The translations under genes and the position numbers were made by a program. Below the pieces are notes generated by a model. The model did not search any database, was not told the DNA's origin, and saw only the letters and a program-made list of their open reading frames with translations. DNA of 63,493 nucleotides, counting the filler. It is 3 parts of 3 records of this genome, joined end to end, with 100 filler letters (N's around TTAATTAATTAA, not from the genome) between each part and the next. Parts side by side here need not be neighbours in the genome. Positions count along the whole stretch, not along the records: positions 1 to 24,024 come from SRR20825006_132; 2 more parts are not named here. One strand, given 5' to 3'. This document shows, piece by piece, positions 1 through 10,322 of this stretch (positions are counted from its first letter, which is position 1; each line of letters starts with the position of its first letter).

Positions 1-40
1 ATATATTCGTGTATTCGTGGCGTATAATAAGTTTTAGAAG

Positions 41-1402
41 CTAAAGCGGATGTACTAAAGCCTTGACTTCTTCTAAATCAAGACCTCCATAATTCCCGCT
101 ACTCATTAGCAATAAAGCTGAATTTTCTAATTTCAGATTAAATAAATACTCTTTAAAACTAGCAGGATTTGTGTAGACAATTAAATCTTCTCGGTTAAAA
201 GCCTCTTCAATTTGAGACGCAGAAACTTCTTCTAATTGTTTAATTTTAACAGCTTCTGGGGAGAAAAACACCACTGCTATATCTGCATTATCAAGTGTAT
301 TTTTATATTCTTTTAAAAATGTTGCATTTAAGCTACTGTAAGTATGTAACTCTAAACAAGCAACCACTTTTCTCTCTGGAAATTGCTCTCTAACAGCAGT
401 TAAAGTAGCCGCAACCTTACTTGGAGCATGGGCAAAATCCTTATAAATAACACTGTCTCCTTTTTCTGCTAATTTATCTAAACGTTTAGATGCTCCTTTA
501 AAACTTGCAATAGCCTCATAAAAATCGTCTTCATCTACCCCCATGTGCTGACAAAGCCATTTGGCTCCTGCCAAATTATTTAAATTATGCCTTCCAAAAA
601 CCTCAATCGGCATAGCGCCTTCTGGAGTTTCTAAATAGGTTACACCGTCTTCAACAGTAAACTCTGGAGTAGAATATGGAATTTTTCGAATTTGATTTTC
701 AGAAGCTTCCACTACGTTTACCACCTCAGTGTCTTCTTCATTATAGGTAATACTTCCCCCTTCAACAATTGAATCAACAAAAATTTTAAACTGCTCTACA
801 TAATTCTCAAAAGTTGGAAACACATTAATATGATCCCAAGCAATCCCGCTTAACAACGCTATATTTGGTTGATAAAGATGAAATTTTGGTCGCCTATCTA
901 TTGGAGAAGACAAATACTCATCTCCTTCTAATACAATAAAATCATTTTCTTCGGTAAGTTTCACCATGGTATCAAAACCTTCAAGTTGAGCTCCTACCAT
1001 GTAATCCACATCAATATCATGATAATGCAACACATGCAAAATCATAGAAGTTATAGTGGTTTTTCCGTGACTCCCACCTATTACAACTCGGGTTTTGTAT
1101 TTACTCTGCTCGTAAATAAATTCTGGATACGAATATATTTTCAATCCCATTTCCTTTGCTTTCTTCAGCTCTGGATTGTCTGCTTTTGCATGCATTCCAA
1201 GAATTACAGCATCTAAATCTGCTGTAATTTTTTCTGGAAACCAACCAAAACTTTCTGGACATAAATCTTTAGCCTCCAAACGAGATTTGGAAGGTTCAAA
1301 AATAACATCGTCACTTCCAGTTATTTTATATCCTTTGTTATGTAAAGCAAGTGCCAAGTTGTGCATAGCACTTCCACCAATGGCAATGAAATGTATTTTC
1401 AA
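41..1402 (-). CDS. mpl: Mur ligase of the Mpl/MurC family (murein peptide ligase-like)
   Basis: N-terminal HFIAIGGSAMHNLA, P-loop GGSHGKTT, EGDEY, DHINVF and DFAHAPSK motifs; 453 aa. Confidence 0.85.
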   Translation of the reverse strand: MKIHFIAIGGSAMHNLALALHNKGYKITGSDDVIFEPSKSRLEAKDLCPESFGWFPEKITADLDAVILGMHAKADNPELKKAKEMGLKIYSYPEFIYEQSKYKTRVVIGGSHGKTTITSMILHVLHYHDIDVDYMVGAQLEGFDTMVKLTEENDFIVLEGDEYLSSPIDRRPKFHLYQPNIALLSGIAWDHINVFPTFENYVEQFKIFVDSIVEGGSITYNEEDTEVVNVVEASENQIRKIPYSTPEFTVEDGVTYLETPEGAMPIEVFGRHNLNNLAGAKWLCQHMGVDEDDFYEAIASFKGASKRLDKLAEKGDSVIYKDFAHAPSKVAATLTAVREQFPERKVVACLELHTYSSLNATFLKEYKNTLDNADIAVVFFSPEAVKIKQLEEVSASQIEEAFNREDLIVYTNPASFKEYLFNLKLENSALLLMSSGNYGGLDLEEVKALVHPL

Positions 1403-1534
1403 TGTAGTAATTTTTAAATCGTATTCAGACTGTAAAGATAAAAGGACAATTTGCTATAGACAAACCTTCAGCAGAATATATTAATTCATTTAAAACCATT
1501 AATATCCGAGTAAAAATATAAATCAGCTTAAAAA

Positions 1535-2431
1535 TTACAGGGCTTTAATTTTTTTATTTTCTGAAATAAAATCTTTTGAATTTGGGTTTCGCACTATGGC
1601 TTCTTCAATATAATAATTGGCTTTGTCCTTATTTTTTTGGTAACGGTACAGCACAGCCAACCTATAATAAACATCTTCTAACGGAATTATACTTTCTGGG
1701 GTATGAAGATTTTTATATACCAACATATGATCAATTCCAGTTTTTATTTGATACTTATATTGATAAGCAATATCTCCTATTTGATAATGAATATCTTTTC
1801 TTCTATAATTTTTATCAGGAAAACTATTTTTTGCCACCACATCCAAAGCTCTTTGATAATAAGTTGTAGCCAATTTTTCATTATTCCGTTCAGCTTCAAT
1901 AAAGCCTTTAGATAAATAGCCTTCTATAGGAGCAATTGCAGATAATTCTTCAGAATATTGATACGCCTTATTATTACTCCCGCCTAATATTCCTGGAAGC
2001 TTAAGGTATAAATCTATAGAAGCCCAACGCACATCAAGGTGCTCTTCATCCAACGCACAAGCAATCTTAAAATGCTCCTTTACATCATCAAGAAGTGTTA
2101 ACGCTCTTATTTTACTTTCCAAAGAAATCATCCCTAAAACACCGCCATACTTAAAATGGTAGTTGGCATTTTTAGGATCTTTATCAACTAAAATCTTATA
2201 ATACTTTGCTGCAGCATCCCAATCTTTTTCAATTCCATAGACATCGCCTAAACGCTCTATTATTTTCGGGTCTGGATTTTTTTGGGAAGCTAAAAGCAAT
2301 ACTTCTTTTGCTTGAGCAATTTTATTAGACTTTATAAAAGAATTTGCCTTCTCTAAACTCGACTGCTGAGCAGAAACAATAAATCCAATCAATAAAAAAA
2401 GTAGTCCTAAGGATTTATTGTTAACAATCAT
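1535..2431 (-). CDS. Secreted tetratricopeptide-repeat protein
   Basis: Signal peptide ending VSA-Q; TPR-like helices (LGDVYG..WDAAAKYY, YYRLAVLY..NP). Confidence 0.75.
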   Translation of the reverse strand: MIVNNKSLGLLFLLIGFIVSAQQSSLEKANSFIKSNKIAQAKEVLLLASQKNPDPKIIERLGDVYGIEKDWDAAAKYYKILVDKDPKNANYHFKYGGVLGMISLESKIRALTLLDDVKEHFKIACALDEEHLDVRWASIDLYLKLPGILGGSNNKAYQYSEELSAIAPIEGYLSKGFIEAERNNEKLATTYYQRALDVVAKNSFPDKNYRRKDIHYQIGDIAYQYKYQIKTGIDHMLVYKNLHTPESIIPLEDVYYRLAVLYRYQKNKDKANYYIEEAIVRNPNSKDFISENKKIKAL

Positions 2432-2444
2432 TTGGAAGAAATTA

Positions 2445-2966
2445 TTACTGTGGAGGATAATTAGAAAACACTTTATCTACAACTGCTTTTAGTTTGGCAT
2501 CACGTATTTCTGGAGTCATTTGTTCAGAAATAGTTCCTTCACTTACTGCTTGCCAAATTAACTCGTCTTCAGTGGCATCTACTATATCAAATATAATTTC
2601 TCTATACTGCTCGGCACCGCCAACGGGAAGTCCTACAGAAACGCCTCCACCAATATTTCTTCCTGTACCTCCAATCCCAATTCCTACCGAACTATTGCTA
2701 GGTTTTGGTCGGGTTGAAGTTTTAATATTGATATAAATATCTGGCGTTGTAGAATACTCAAAACCGCGTGTTTGCAATAAACTATCTATATGTCTAAACA
2801 GTCGTTTATTATCTAGATCGCTTAAGCCACTTTCCATTTCTGGGTAATAATCGTAGCTTTTATAATTGGAAAAATCTTTTTTCTTATCGTAATCATACGC
2901 TACTTGAACGCTTCCACAAGCACACAAGATCAAGCAACAAAAAAATCCTAAAGATTTGGAATACAT
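2445..2966 (-). CDS. DUF4136 family lipoprotein
   Basis: Lipobox-like LCAC; YDYD..DFSNYKSY, LIWQA and C-terminal YPP typical of DUF4136. Confidence 0.85.
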   Translation of the reverse strand: MYSKSLGFFCCLILCACGSVQVAYDYDKKKDFSNYKSYDYYPEMESGLSDLDNKRLFRHIDSLLQTRGFEYSTTPDIYINIKTSTRPKPSNSSVGIGIGGTGRNIGGGVSVGLPVGGAEQYREIIFDIVDATEDELIWQAVSEGTISEQMTPEIRDAKLKAVVDKVFSNYPPQ

Positions 2967-3007
2967 AGCCTTCTTTTTTGCTAAAATTAAGCAAAAAAAA
3001 CTTGTAT

Positions 3008-4021
3008 CTAGTCTTCTTCATTTTTATTCAACATAATCCACAATTTATCTTTTAATTGCTGAATCCCTTGTTGAGCTACAGAAGAAATAAACATATAATC
3101 TATTTCTTTAAAATTTTTATCGAGTTCTATTTTCATTTCGGATTTTAACTCATCGTCTAACATATCCGATTTTGAAATAGCTACCAAACGTTCCTTATCT
3201 AGTAATTCTGGATTGTATTTTTGAAGTTCGTTTAAAAGAATTTCATATTCTTTATAGATATCTTTTGCATCTGCTGGAACCAAGAATAACAAGGTTGAAT
3301 TCCGCTCAATATGCCTTAAAAAGTAATACCCTAAACCTTTTCCTTCGGAAGCTCCTTCTATAATTCCAGGGATATCTGCCATTACAAAAGTCCTAAAATC
3401 TCTGTACTGAACAATTCCTAAATTAGGTTTTAGCGTGGTAAACTCATAGTCTGCAATTTTTGGTTTTGCTGAAGTAATTACAGAAAGTAAGGTAGATTTT
3501 CCTGCATTTGGAAAACCAACTAAACCAACATCGGCTAATAATTTTAGCTCTAATAAAATTTCTCGCTCTTCTCCAGGCAAGCCCGTTTGAGCATATCGAG
3601 GGGTTTGATTGGTAGCCGATTTAAAATGATTATTACCTAAACCACCTTTTCCACCTTTAGCGATGATTCTTTCTTCCCCATCTTCGGTAATTTCAAACAA
3701 AACCTCATTAGTTTCGGCATCCTTTACTTGAGTCCCCAGAGGAACTTTCATATAAACGTCTGCTCCATCGGCACCTGTACTGGTTTGTTTACTCCCATGT
3801 TCTCCATGCCCTGCTTGGTACACTCTTTTAAATTTAAAATGAAAAAGTGTCCAAAGATTTTTATCTCCCTGAATTATTACATGACCTCCACGACCACCAT
3901 CTCCACCATCTGGCCCACCATAAGCTACATATTTTTCCCTGCGTAAATGTGCGGATCCCTGCCCACCTTTACCAGATGTCACTCTAATCTTTACATAATC
4001 TGTAAAATTCCCTTCTGTCAT
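3008..4021 (-). CDS. obgE: GTPase ObgE/CgtA
   Basis: Gly-rich Obg N-domain [13 protein letters not shown]1 [10 protein letters not shown]3 DIPG. Confidence 0.98.
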   Translation of the reverse strand: MTEGNFTDYVKIRVTSGKGGQGSAHLRREKYVAYGGPDGGDGGRGGHVIIQGDKNLWTLFHFKFKRVYQAGHGEHGSKQTSTGADGADVYMKVPLGTQVKDAETNEVLFEITEDGEERIIAKGGKGGLGNNHFKSATNQTPRYAQTGLPGEEREILLELKLLADVGLVGFPNAGKSTLLSVITSAKPKIADYEFTTLKPNLGIVQYRDFRTFVMADIPGIIEGASEGKGLGYYFLRHIERNSTLLFLVPADAKDIYKEYEILLNELQKYNPELLDKERLVAISKSDMLDDELKSEMKIELDKNFKEIDYMFISSVAQQGIQQLKDKLWIMLNKNEED

Positions 4022-4253
4022 TTAAATATGTTTTTGTATTGTAAAATTGATTAGCTGTCCAATTTTATACTAAAAATTCTTCACTATGTTTTTCAAAAAA
4101 ATACGCTCTCATAATTCTTAAATTCAGAGAGCGCTCACTATATATAAAGCTTAATAAACTCTTTGAAGGAGTTTACATTTTGATGTAATATTATAATACC
4201 TCATGACTTATTTAGTCAACCTCGTTTAAACAAACTCAAGGTAGTTACAATCA

Positions 4254-4826
4254 TTAAAGCGTAGCAATAACTTTACTCAAACGCTCTGTAATATCTTCAA
4301 TAGATCCAATTCCGTTTACACTGTGGAATTTATCTTGCTTCTTATAATACTGCATCAAAGGAGCTGTTTTCTCGTTGTATTCGTCAAAACGATTTCTAAT
4401 TTTACTTTCGTCTTGATCATCACTTCTTCCGCTTACTTTCCCACGTTCTAATAGGCGTTGGATTAAAACTTCATCATCTGCCTCTAACGCTATTGTTGCA
4501 TCAATTTTCATTTCTTTTTCTTCCAACAAATCGTCTAGAGCTTCTGCCTGTGCATTTGTTCTTGGAAAACCGTCAAAAATAAAACCACTAGCGTCCGGAT
4601 TTTTCTCTACTTCAGCTTTAAGCATGTTAATAGTTACTTCATCTGGAACCAACTCTCCCTTGTCAATATATGACTTAGCTAGTGTACCTAATTCAGTGCC
4701 GTTTTTAATATTAAATCTGAAAACATCGCCGGTAGATATATGCTTTAAATTGTATTTCTCTTTTAAAAAATTAGCTTGTGTACCTTTACCTGCTCCTGGT
4801 TTTCCGAACAGTACTAAATTGATCAT
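4254..4826 (-). CDS. adk: Adenylate kinase
   Basis: GKPGAGKGTQ, HISTGD and DGFPRT motifs; short LID. Confidence 0.98.
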   Translation of the reverse strand: MINLVLFGKPGAGKGTQANFLKEKYNLKHISTGDVFRFNIKNGTELGTLAKSYIDKGELVPDEVTINMLKAEVEKNPDASGFIFDGFPRTNAQAEALDDLLEEKEMKIDATIALEADDEVLIQRLLERGKVSGRSDDQDESKIRNRFDEYNEKTAPLMQYYKKQDKFHSVNGIGSIEDITERLSKVIATL

Positions 4827-4829
4827 ATT

Positions 4830-5360
4830 TTATTCTTTTATTTTATATACTTCTGGTAAATTTCTTCCTAATTCGTCATAATCAAGCCCATAACCTACAA
4901 TAAACTTGTCGGGAATTTCAATCCCAACATAATCAATATTATACTCCCCGCTATATATTTCTGGTTTGTAAAACATAGATGCTATTTTAAACCTCTTTAC
5001 ATTAATTTGAGAAAACATAGAGACCAGTTCTTTTACGGTATTTCCAGTGTCAATAACATCCTCTAAAATAACAACACTTCTTTCCTCTACAGTATCTGGA
5101 ACATCTAAAAGTGTTTTTACTATTCCTGTAGACGACATCCCTCGGTAAGAACTTAATTTAACAAAAGTAATCTCACAATCTTGGTCGTAATGCTTCATAA
5201 AGTCTGAGGCAAACATAAAAGCACCATTTAACACACATATAAAAATAGGTGTCTCATCTTTAAAATCGGCTTTTACCTTTTCCACCATCTTTTTTATGGC
5301 AGCATCTATTTCTTCTGCAGAAATAAAAGGTTCAAAATATTTATCGTGAAGCTTAATCAA
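4830..5360 (-). CDS. hpt: Hypoxanthine phosphoribosyltransferase
   Basis: VLNGAFMF, VILEDVIDTG and FIVGYGLDY motifs; start moved to the in-frame TTG at 5360 because a TATCTTTG box lies at 5390-5383. Confidence 0.92.
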   Translation of the reverse strand: MIKLHDKYFEPFISAEEIDAAIKKMVEKVKADFKDETPIFICVLNGAFMFASDFMKHYDQDCEITFVKLSSYRGMSSTGIVKTLLDVPDTVEERSVVILEDVIDTGNTVKELVSMFSQINVKRFKIASMFYKPEIYSGEYNIDYVGIEIPDKFIVGYGLDYDELGRNLPEVYKIKE

Positions 5361-5382
5361 TCTCCTAAAAATTATAAAGTTG

Positions 5383-5390
5383 CAAAGATA
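5383..5390 (-). promoter_or_regulatory. Bacteroidota -7 promoter box (TAnnTTTG) for hpt-adk
   Basis: TATCTTTG on the minus strand, about 23 nt upstream of the TTG start. Confidence 0.65.
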
Positions 5391-5561
5391 CCATTTAGAT
5401 TTTTGTTTTCCTTTAAATTTAATCGTTTTCAGCAATAATTACACTTTTTTCACAAAAAAATCGCTCTTTTATATAGTTATAACCAAATAGTTAGCATTTA
5501 ATTGCTTAAAACTTAATTTTTAAAAGCCTCTCAAACAAAAGTGTATTCTTACGCTCTAATG

Positions 5562-5658
5562 AACTACTTCAGGGCAAGCCCATGAGGTATCAGACAAAAC
5601 AACCTTAATTTATTTAGACACAGCAAATCGGAGAATTAAACCCTCTGTGAGGGATTAA
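5562..5658 (+). repeat. Dispersed three-hairpin element, copy 1
   Basis: AACTACTTCAGGGCAAGCCCATGAGGTAT...AATTAAACCCTCTGTGAGGGATTAA; aligns with 7974-8094 and 23879-23975. Confidence 0.85.
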
Positions 5659-5682
5659 TTATGTAGATTTCATATTTAGCCA

Positions 5683-5690
5683 TACTTTTG
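5683..5690 (+). promoter_or_regulatory. Bacteroidota -7 promoter box for purKE
   Basis: TACTTTTG matches TAnnTTTG, about 65 nt upstream of purK. Confidence 0.5.
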
Positions 5691-5755
5691 CAAAATCAAA
5701 TTTGTATTTACAATTTGTAGCAGAAACATACAGTCAGTTTTAAAAATATAAGAAC

Positions 5756-6910
5756 ATGAACTACTTTTCATCAGATTTTAAACTTGGTATTTTAGGCGGT
5801 GGACAACTTGGTAAAATGATGCTTTACGAAACAAGAAAGTATGATATCCAAACCCTTGTGCTAGATCCAAGTAATGATGCTCCTTCTAGAATAGCTTGTA
5901 ATGAATTTTTCCAAGGCGATTTAATGGATTACGACACAGTTTATGAGTTCGGAAAAAAAGTAGATGTTTTAACTTTTGAAATTGAAAATGTAAACGTTGA
6001 CGCACTAGCACAATTAGAAAAAGAAGGAAAAACTGTTTTTCCTTCTGCTAAAACATTAAAAACCATCAATAATAAAGCTACACAAAAACTGTTTTATGTT
6101 GATCACCAAATTCCAACAGCCGATTTTAAACGCTTTGCTTATCCTGATGAAATACTAAATGCTGTTAAAAACGAATCTCTAGCCTTTCCTTTTGTATGGA
6201 AAAGCGCTCGTTTTGGTTATGATGGTCAGGGTGTAAAAGTAATTAGAACTTATTCTGATTTGGAAGGTTTACCAGAGGGTGAGTGTATTGCTGAAAAAAT
6301 GATTCCTTTTAAAAATGAATTGGCAGTAATTGTGGCACGTGATAGCAAAGGGAATGTAAAAACATATCCAGTAGTAGAAATGGAGTTTCATCCAGAAGCC
6401 AACCAAGTGGAATATGTAATTTGTCCAGCTCGTATTAGTGAAGAAGTTGCAAAAAAAGCACAGCTCATTGCTTTAAAAGTTTCTAAAGCTTATGAACATG
6501 TTGGACTTTTGGCTGTTGAAATGTTTCAAACAGAAAACGATGAAATCTTAGTAAATGAAGTAGCTCCACGCCCTCATAACAGTGGACATTACAGTATTGA
6601 AGCCAGCTATACCAATCAATTTGAACAACAAATTCGTGCTATTTTAGGACTTCCATTAGGCAACACAGAAAGTAAGGTAGCAGGTATTATGGTTAATTTG
6701 GTAGGGGATGAAAACTATACTGGTTCTGTTGTATACAAAAACATTGAAAAAATTATGGCAATGGAAGGGGTTACACCACATATTTACGGAAAACGAGAAA
6801 CACGTCCGTTTAGAAAAATGGGACACGTAACTATTGTAAATAAAGATATAGCCAAAGCTAGAGAAATAGCAGAACAGGTAAAGAAAAGTATTAGGGTTAT
6901 TGCTGAATAA
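5756..6910 (+). CDS. purK: N5-carboxyaminoimidazole ribonucleotide synthase
   Basis: GILGGGQLG, GYDGQG, NEVAPRPHNSGH and RKMGHVT motifs; next to purE. Confidence 0.97.
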   Translation: MNYFSSDFKLGILGGGQLGKMMLYETRKYDIQTLVLDPSNDAPSRIACNEFFQGDLMDYDTVYEFGKKVDVLTFEIENVNVDALAQLEKEGKTVFPSAKTLKTINNKATQKLFYVDHQIPTADFKRFAYPDEILNAVKNESLAFPFVWKSARFGYDGQGVKVIRTYSDLEGLPEGECIAEKMIPFKNELAVIVARDSKGNVKTYPVVEMEFHPEANQVEYVICPARISEEVAKKAQLIALKVSKAYEHVGLLAVEMFQTENDEILVNEVAPRPHNSGHYSIEASYTNQFEQQIRAILGLPLGNTESKVAGIMVNLVGDENYTGSVVYKNIEKIMAMEGVTPHIYGKRETRPFRKMGHVTIVNKDIAKAREIAEQVKKSIRVIAE

Positions 6911-6923
6911 AATTATTTAAGAC

Positions 6924-6961
6924 GATAGGCAGTAGGCAATAGGCAATAGGCAATAGGCAAT
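6924..6961 (+). repeat. Heptamer tandem repeat (AATAGGC) x ~5.4
   Basis: GATAGGC AGTAGGC AATAGGC AATAGGC AATAGGC AAT between purK and purE. Confidence 0.95.
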
Positions 6962-6989
6962 TTTAAATTAAGAATACAAATTTTAAAAA

Positions 6990-7475
6990 ATGGCAAAAGT
7001 AGCAGTTATCATGGGGAGCACGAGTGACCTCCCAGTAATGCAAGACGCAATAGATGTTTTAAAAGAATTAGGAATTGAAGTAACGGTAGATATAGTTTCT
7101 GCACACCGTACGCCAGAAAAAATGTACGACTTCGGTAAGAATGCTCATAAAAATGGGATTTCTGTAATTATTGCTGGTGCTGGTGGTGCTGCGCATTTAC
7201 CAGGAATGGTAGCTTCGCTATCTCCGCTTCCTGTAATTGGGGTTCCTGTAAAAAGTAGTAACTCTATCGACGGATGGGATTCTGTGCTTTCTATACTTCA
7301 AATGCCTGGAGGCGTTCCTGTTGCCACTGTAGCGCTTAATGGAGCTAAAAATGCTGGTATTCTAGCCGCTCAAATTATAGGCTCTGCAGACCTTTCTGTT
7401 CAAAACAACATAGTAGCCTACAAAGAATCTTTAAAAGAGAAAGTTATAAAAGGTGCAGAAGAAATAAAAAAATAG
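6990..7475 (+). CDS. purE: N5-CAIR mutase
   Basis: IMGSTSD, VSAHRTP, AGAGGAAHLPGM and SILQMPGG motifs. Confidence 0.98.
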   Translation: MAKVAVIMGSTSDLPVMQDAIDVLKELGIEVTVDIVSAHRTPEKMYDFGKNAHKNGISVIIAGAGGAAHLPGMVASLSPLPVIGVPVKSSNSIDGWDSVLSILQMPGGVPVATVALNGAKNAGILAAQIIGSADLSVQNNIVAYKESLKEKVIKGAEEIKK

Positions 7476-7501
7476 GCTCTGAGGGTAAGCCTATTTTTTT
7501 T
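7466..7501 (+). terminator. Intrinsic terminator after purE
   Basis: AATAGGCT...AGCCTATT stem followed by a T-run. Confidence 0.75.
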
Positions 7502-7973
7502 AAAAATCCAATACATTACTGTTTAGGGGATTTACACAGCGTATTAAAAGAGTAGGTTTGGTGTGTATCTTATATTATTATTTTAACTTTAAATTCCTCT
7601 TCAACAACCTCACCTACGAAGCTGTATTTCTTATGGTTTTTTTATTTGAAAAAAGTTTCACTAAAATCGATTATGTGCTTAATTAATACGTTGTAATGAT
7701 GAAAATGAATAAAAAGAGGATTTTAGTAATACTGTTTCTTTAAACTGCTAATTTTATAATATTTAGTCTTTTTTCTTATAGCAAAGTGGTCTTGTATTTT
7801 TACTCGGACATTCAGATTTATAACTTAGTTCCCTTGAAGAGAGAGGGTCCTACAAAACAACTTTAATTACTTTTAAAGCATTTAAAATTTTATATTTTGT
7901 TGTTTTAAAAAATGTTAATCATTCTTTAAGCGACCTATCTATTTTAGAGAAAGTTTATTACTTTGTAAATAAA

Positions 7974-8094
7974 AGAACCTCGGTGCAAGCACATGGGGTA
8001 TTCAAACAGAACAAATTTAACCCATTTCGAGGTAGAGCACATCGATTAACTCTGGACGGACTTTGGGAAAATAAAAACCCTCTATGAGGGATTC
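7974..8094 (+). repeat. Dispersed three-hairpin element, copy 2 (about 25-nt internal expansion)
   Basis: ACCTCGGTGCAAGCACATGGGGTATTCAAACAGAACAAATTTAACCCATTTCGA...AAACCCTCTATGAGGGATT. Confidence 0.85.
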
Positions 8095-8117
8095 AATTAT
8101 CTTATAAAAATTAGAAC

Positions 8118-10157
8118 ATGGCAAATTTGCTTAATCATACATTTACAACGCCTTATCAAACGGCTCCTTTTTCAGCAATAAAAAACGAAGATTTTCTTCC
8201 TGCAATTCAAGAAGAGATTAAAAAAACAAAATCCGAAATTGATGAGATTACATCAAATTCGGAAACTCCTACTTTTGAAAATACTATTGAAGCTCTTGAA
8301 TTTTCGGGAGCTCAATTAGATAGAGTTACTTCCATCTTTTTTAACTTGAACAGCGCCGAAACCAATGAGGAAATTCAGAAATTAGCACAAGAAATCTCTC
8401 CTCTTTTATCGGAATTTGGAAATGACATCCGTTTAAACGAACAACTTTTTAAAAGAGTAAAAGCGGTTTGGGAAGCTCGCAAAGAACTTACGCTTTCTAA
8501 AGAACAGCAAATGCTTTTGGAAAAAACGTATAAAGGTTTTTCTAGAAATGGAGCAAATCTCCCTGAAGAAAAGAAATCCATTTTAAGAGATATCGATAAG
8601 AAATTATCCCAACTAAGTTTAAAATTTGGCGAAAATGTACTAGCAGAAACCAATGCTTTTGAACTTCATATTACTAATGAAGAAGAATTAAAAGGACTTC
8701 CAGAAAGTACGTTGGAAGCAGCTGCCGACGAAGCTAAATCTCGCAATAAAGATGGATGGGTTTTTACACTCAATTACCCTAGCTATATTCCTTTAATGAC
8801 GTATGCTGAAAACAGAGAACTCCGCAAAAAAATGTCGTTTGCATTTGGAAGCAAAGCATTTCAAGGGAACGAGTATGACAACCGAGAAAATGTAAAACAA
8901 ATTGTTCGATTAAGACAGCAAAGAGCAGCATTATTAGGTTATAAAACCCATGCGCATTTTATTTTGGAAGAACGCATGGCAAAATCTCCAGAAAAAGTAA
9001 CTACTTTTTTAGAAGAGCTTTTAGAAAAAGCAAAACCTGCGGCGCAACGAGAATTTAAACAATTAGAAAACTTTGCCAAAGAAGAAAACGGACTTGAAAA
9101 GCTCGAAAAATGGGACGGGGCTTTTTATACAGAAAAGCTAAAACAAAAGCTTTTTAATTTAGATGATGAAAAACTCAAGCCTTATTTTAAATTAGAAAAT
9201 GTTATTGATGGTGTTTTTACGGTTGCTGAAAAATTATATGGTCTTCAATTTGAAGAAACTAAGGAAGTAGACACCTATCATAAAGACGTAAAAACGTACA
9301 AAGTTTTAGACGAAAACGGCGAATTAACCGCTATTTTTTATGCGGATTTCCACCCACGTCCTGGAAAAAGAAATGGCGCTTGGATGACCGTTTATAAATC
9401 GCAATGGAAGAAAAATAACGACAACTCTCGTCCTCATATTTCTATTGTTTGCAATTTTACTAAACCTACCACTTCTAAACCTTCATTACTTACTTTTAAC
9501 GAAGTAACTACATTATTTCATGAATTTGGACACGCCTTACATGGAATGCTAGCAAATACCACCTATCCTAGCCTAAGTGGAACTAGTGTTTATTGGGATT
9601 TTGTAGAACTTCCTAGCCAAGTTTTAGAAAACTGGTGTTATGAAAAAGAGGCTTTAGAAATTTTTGCAAGACATTACCAAACTAATGAGGTTATTCCAAT
9701 GGAATTTGTTACAAAAATAAAGGAATCGGCTACTTTTATGGAAGGAATGCAAACGCTACGCCAATTAAGTTTTGGAATGCTAGACATGAGTTGGCACGGT
9801 ATTGACCCAAGTACTATTGAAGATGTAAAGGCGCATGAAAGTAAGGTTTTTGAAGCAACGAGTTTATATCCAGAAACTCCAGAAACATGTATGAGTACAG
9901 CTTTTTCACACATCTTTCAAGGTGGTTATTCTGCAGGGTATTACAGCTACAAATGGGCAGAAGTTTTAGATGCCGATGCTTTTGAGTTTTTTAAAGAAAA
10001 AGGTATTTTTAGTAAAGAAGTAGCTCAGAAATTTAAAGAAAATGTACTTTCTCAAGGAGGGACAGAAAACCCAATGGAGTTGTACAAACGTTTTAGAGGA
10101 AAAGAGCCACAACCAGAAGCTTTATTACGTAGAGCAGGATTGATTGAGAAAAAATAA
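8118..10157 (+). CDS. dcp: M3 family metallopeptidase (peptidyl-dipeptidase Dcp / oligopeptidase A)
   Basis: FHEFGHALH, VELPSQ..ENW and HIFQGGYSAGYYSYKWAEVL motifs. Confidence 0.92.
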   Translation: MANLLNHTFTTPYQTAPFSAIKNEDFLPAIQEEIKKTKSEIDEITSNSETPTFENTIEALEFSGAQLDRVTSIFFNLNSAETNEEIQKLAQEISPLLSEFGNDIRLNEQLFKRVKAVWEARKELTLSKEQQMLLEKTYKGFSRNGANLPEEKKSILRDIDKKLSQLSLKFGENVLAETNAFELHITNEEELKGLPESTLEAAADEAKSRNKDGWVFTLNYPSYIPLMTYAENRELRKKMSFAFGSKAFQGNEYDNRENVKQIVRLRQQRAALLGYKTHAHFILEERMAKSPEKVTTFLEELLEKAKPAAQREFKQLENFAKEENGLEKLEKWDGAFYTEKLKQKLFNLDDEKLKPYFKLENVIDGVFTVAEKLYGLQFEETKEVDTYHKDVKTYKVLDENGELTAIFYADFHPRPGKRNGAWMTVYKSQWKKNNDNSRPHISIVCNFTKPTTSKPSLLTFNEVTTLFHEFGHALHGMLANTTYPSLSGTSVYWDFVELPSQVLENWCYEKEALEIFARHYQTNEVIPMEFVTKIKESATFMEGMQTLRQLSFGMLDMSWHGIDPSTIEDVKAHESKVFEATSLYPETPETCMSTAFSHIFQGGYSAGYYSYKWAEVLDADAFEFFKEKGIFSKEVAQKFKENVLSQGGTENPMELYKRFRGKEPQPEALLRRAGLIEKK

Positions 10158-10179
10158 AGCCCCTCATTGAGGGATTTTA
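10158..10179 (+). terminator. Hairpin or weak terminator after the M3 peptidase gene; resembles the 3' hairpin of the dispersed element
   Basis: CCCTCATTGAGGGATTTT. Confidence 0.5.
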
Positions 10180-10322
10180 TTATGAGCATAGCCTGTGTTT
10201 AGCTTAGCTAAAAATCACTTCCACATGAGTGGATCAATAAAGCAAAGGTGTTAAAAGGTTCTGATTTCTCACATAACTATATAAGATGTTGAAAATCAAT
10301 TATTTATCATAGAATAATTCGC

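Noticed and set aside
5361-5435. N-terminal extension of hpt in the ORF track
   Set aside because: It spans the TATCTTTG promoter box; TTG at 5360 gives a normal-length protein.
5562-8094. Dispersed element read as CRISPR repeats or a purine riboswitch
   Set aside because: Copies are kilobases apart with no spacers or cas genes; they precede unrelated genes, and the likely purK promoter box lies downstream of copy 1.
10198-10212. Palindrome TTTAGCT-T-AGCTAAA upstream of the GSCFA gene
   Set aside because: Single short AT-rich palindrome with no second copy or nearby regulator; cannot be told from chance.
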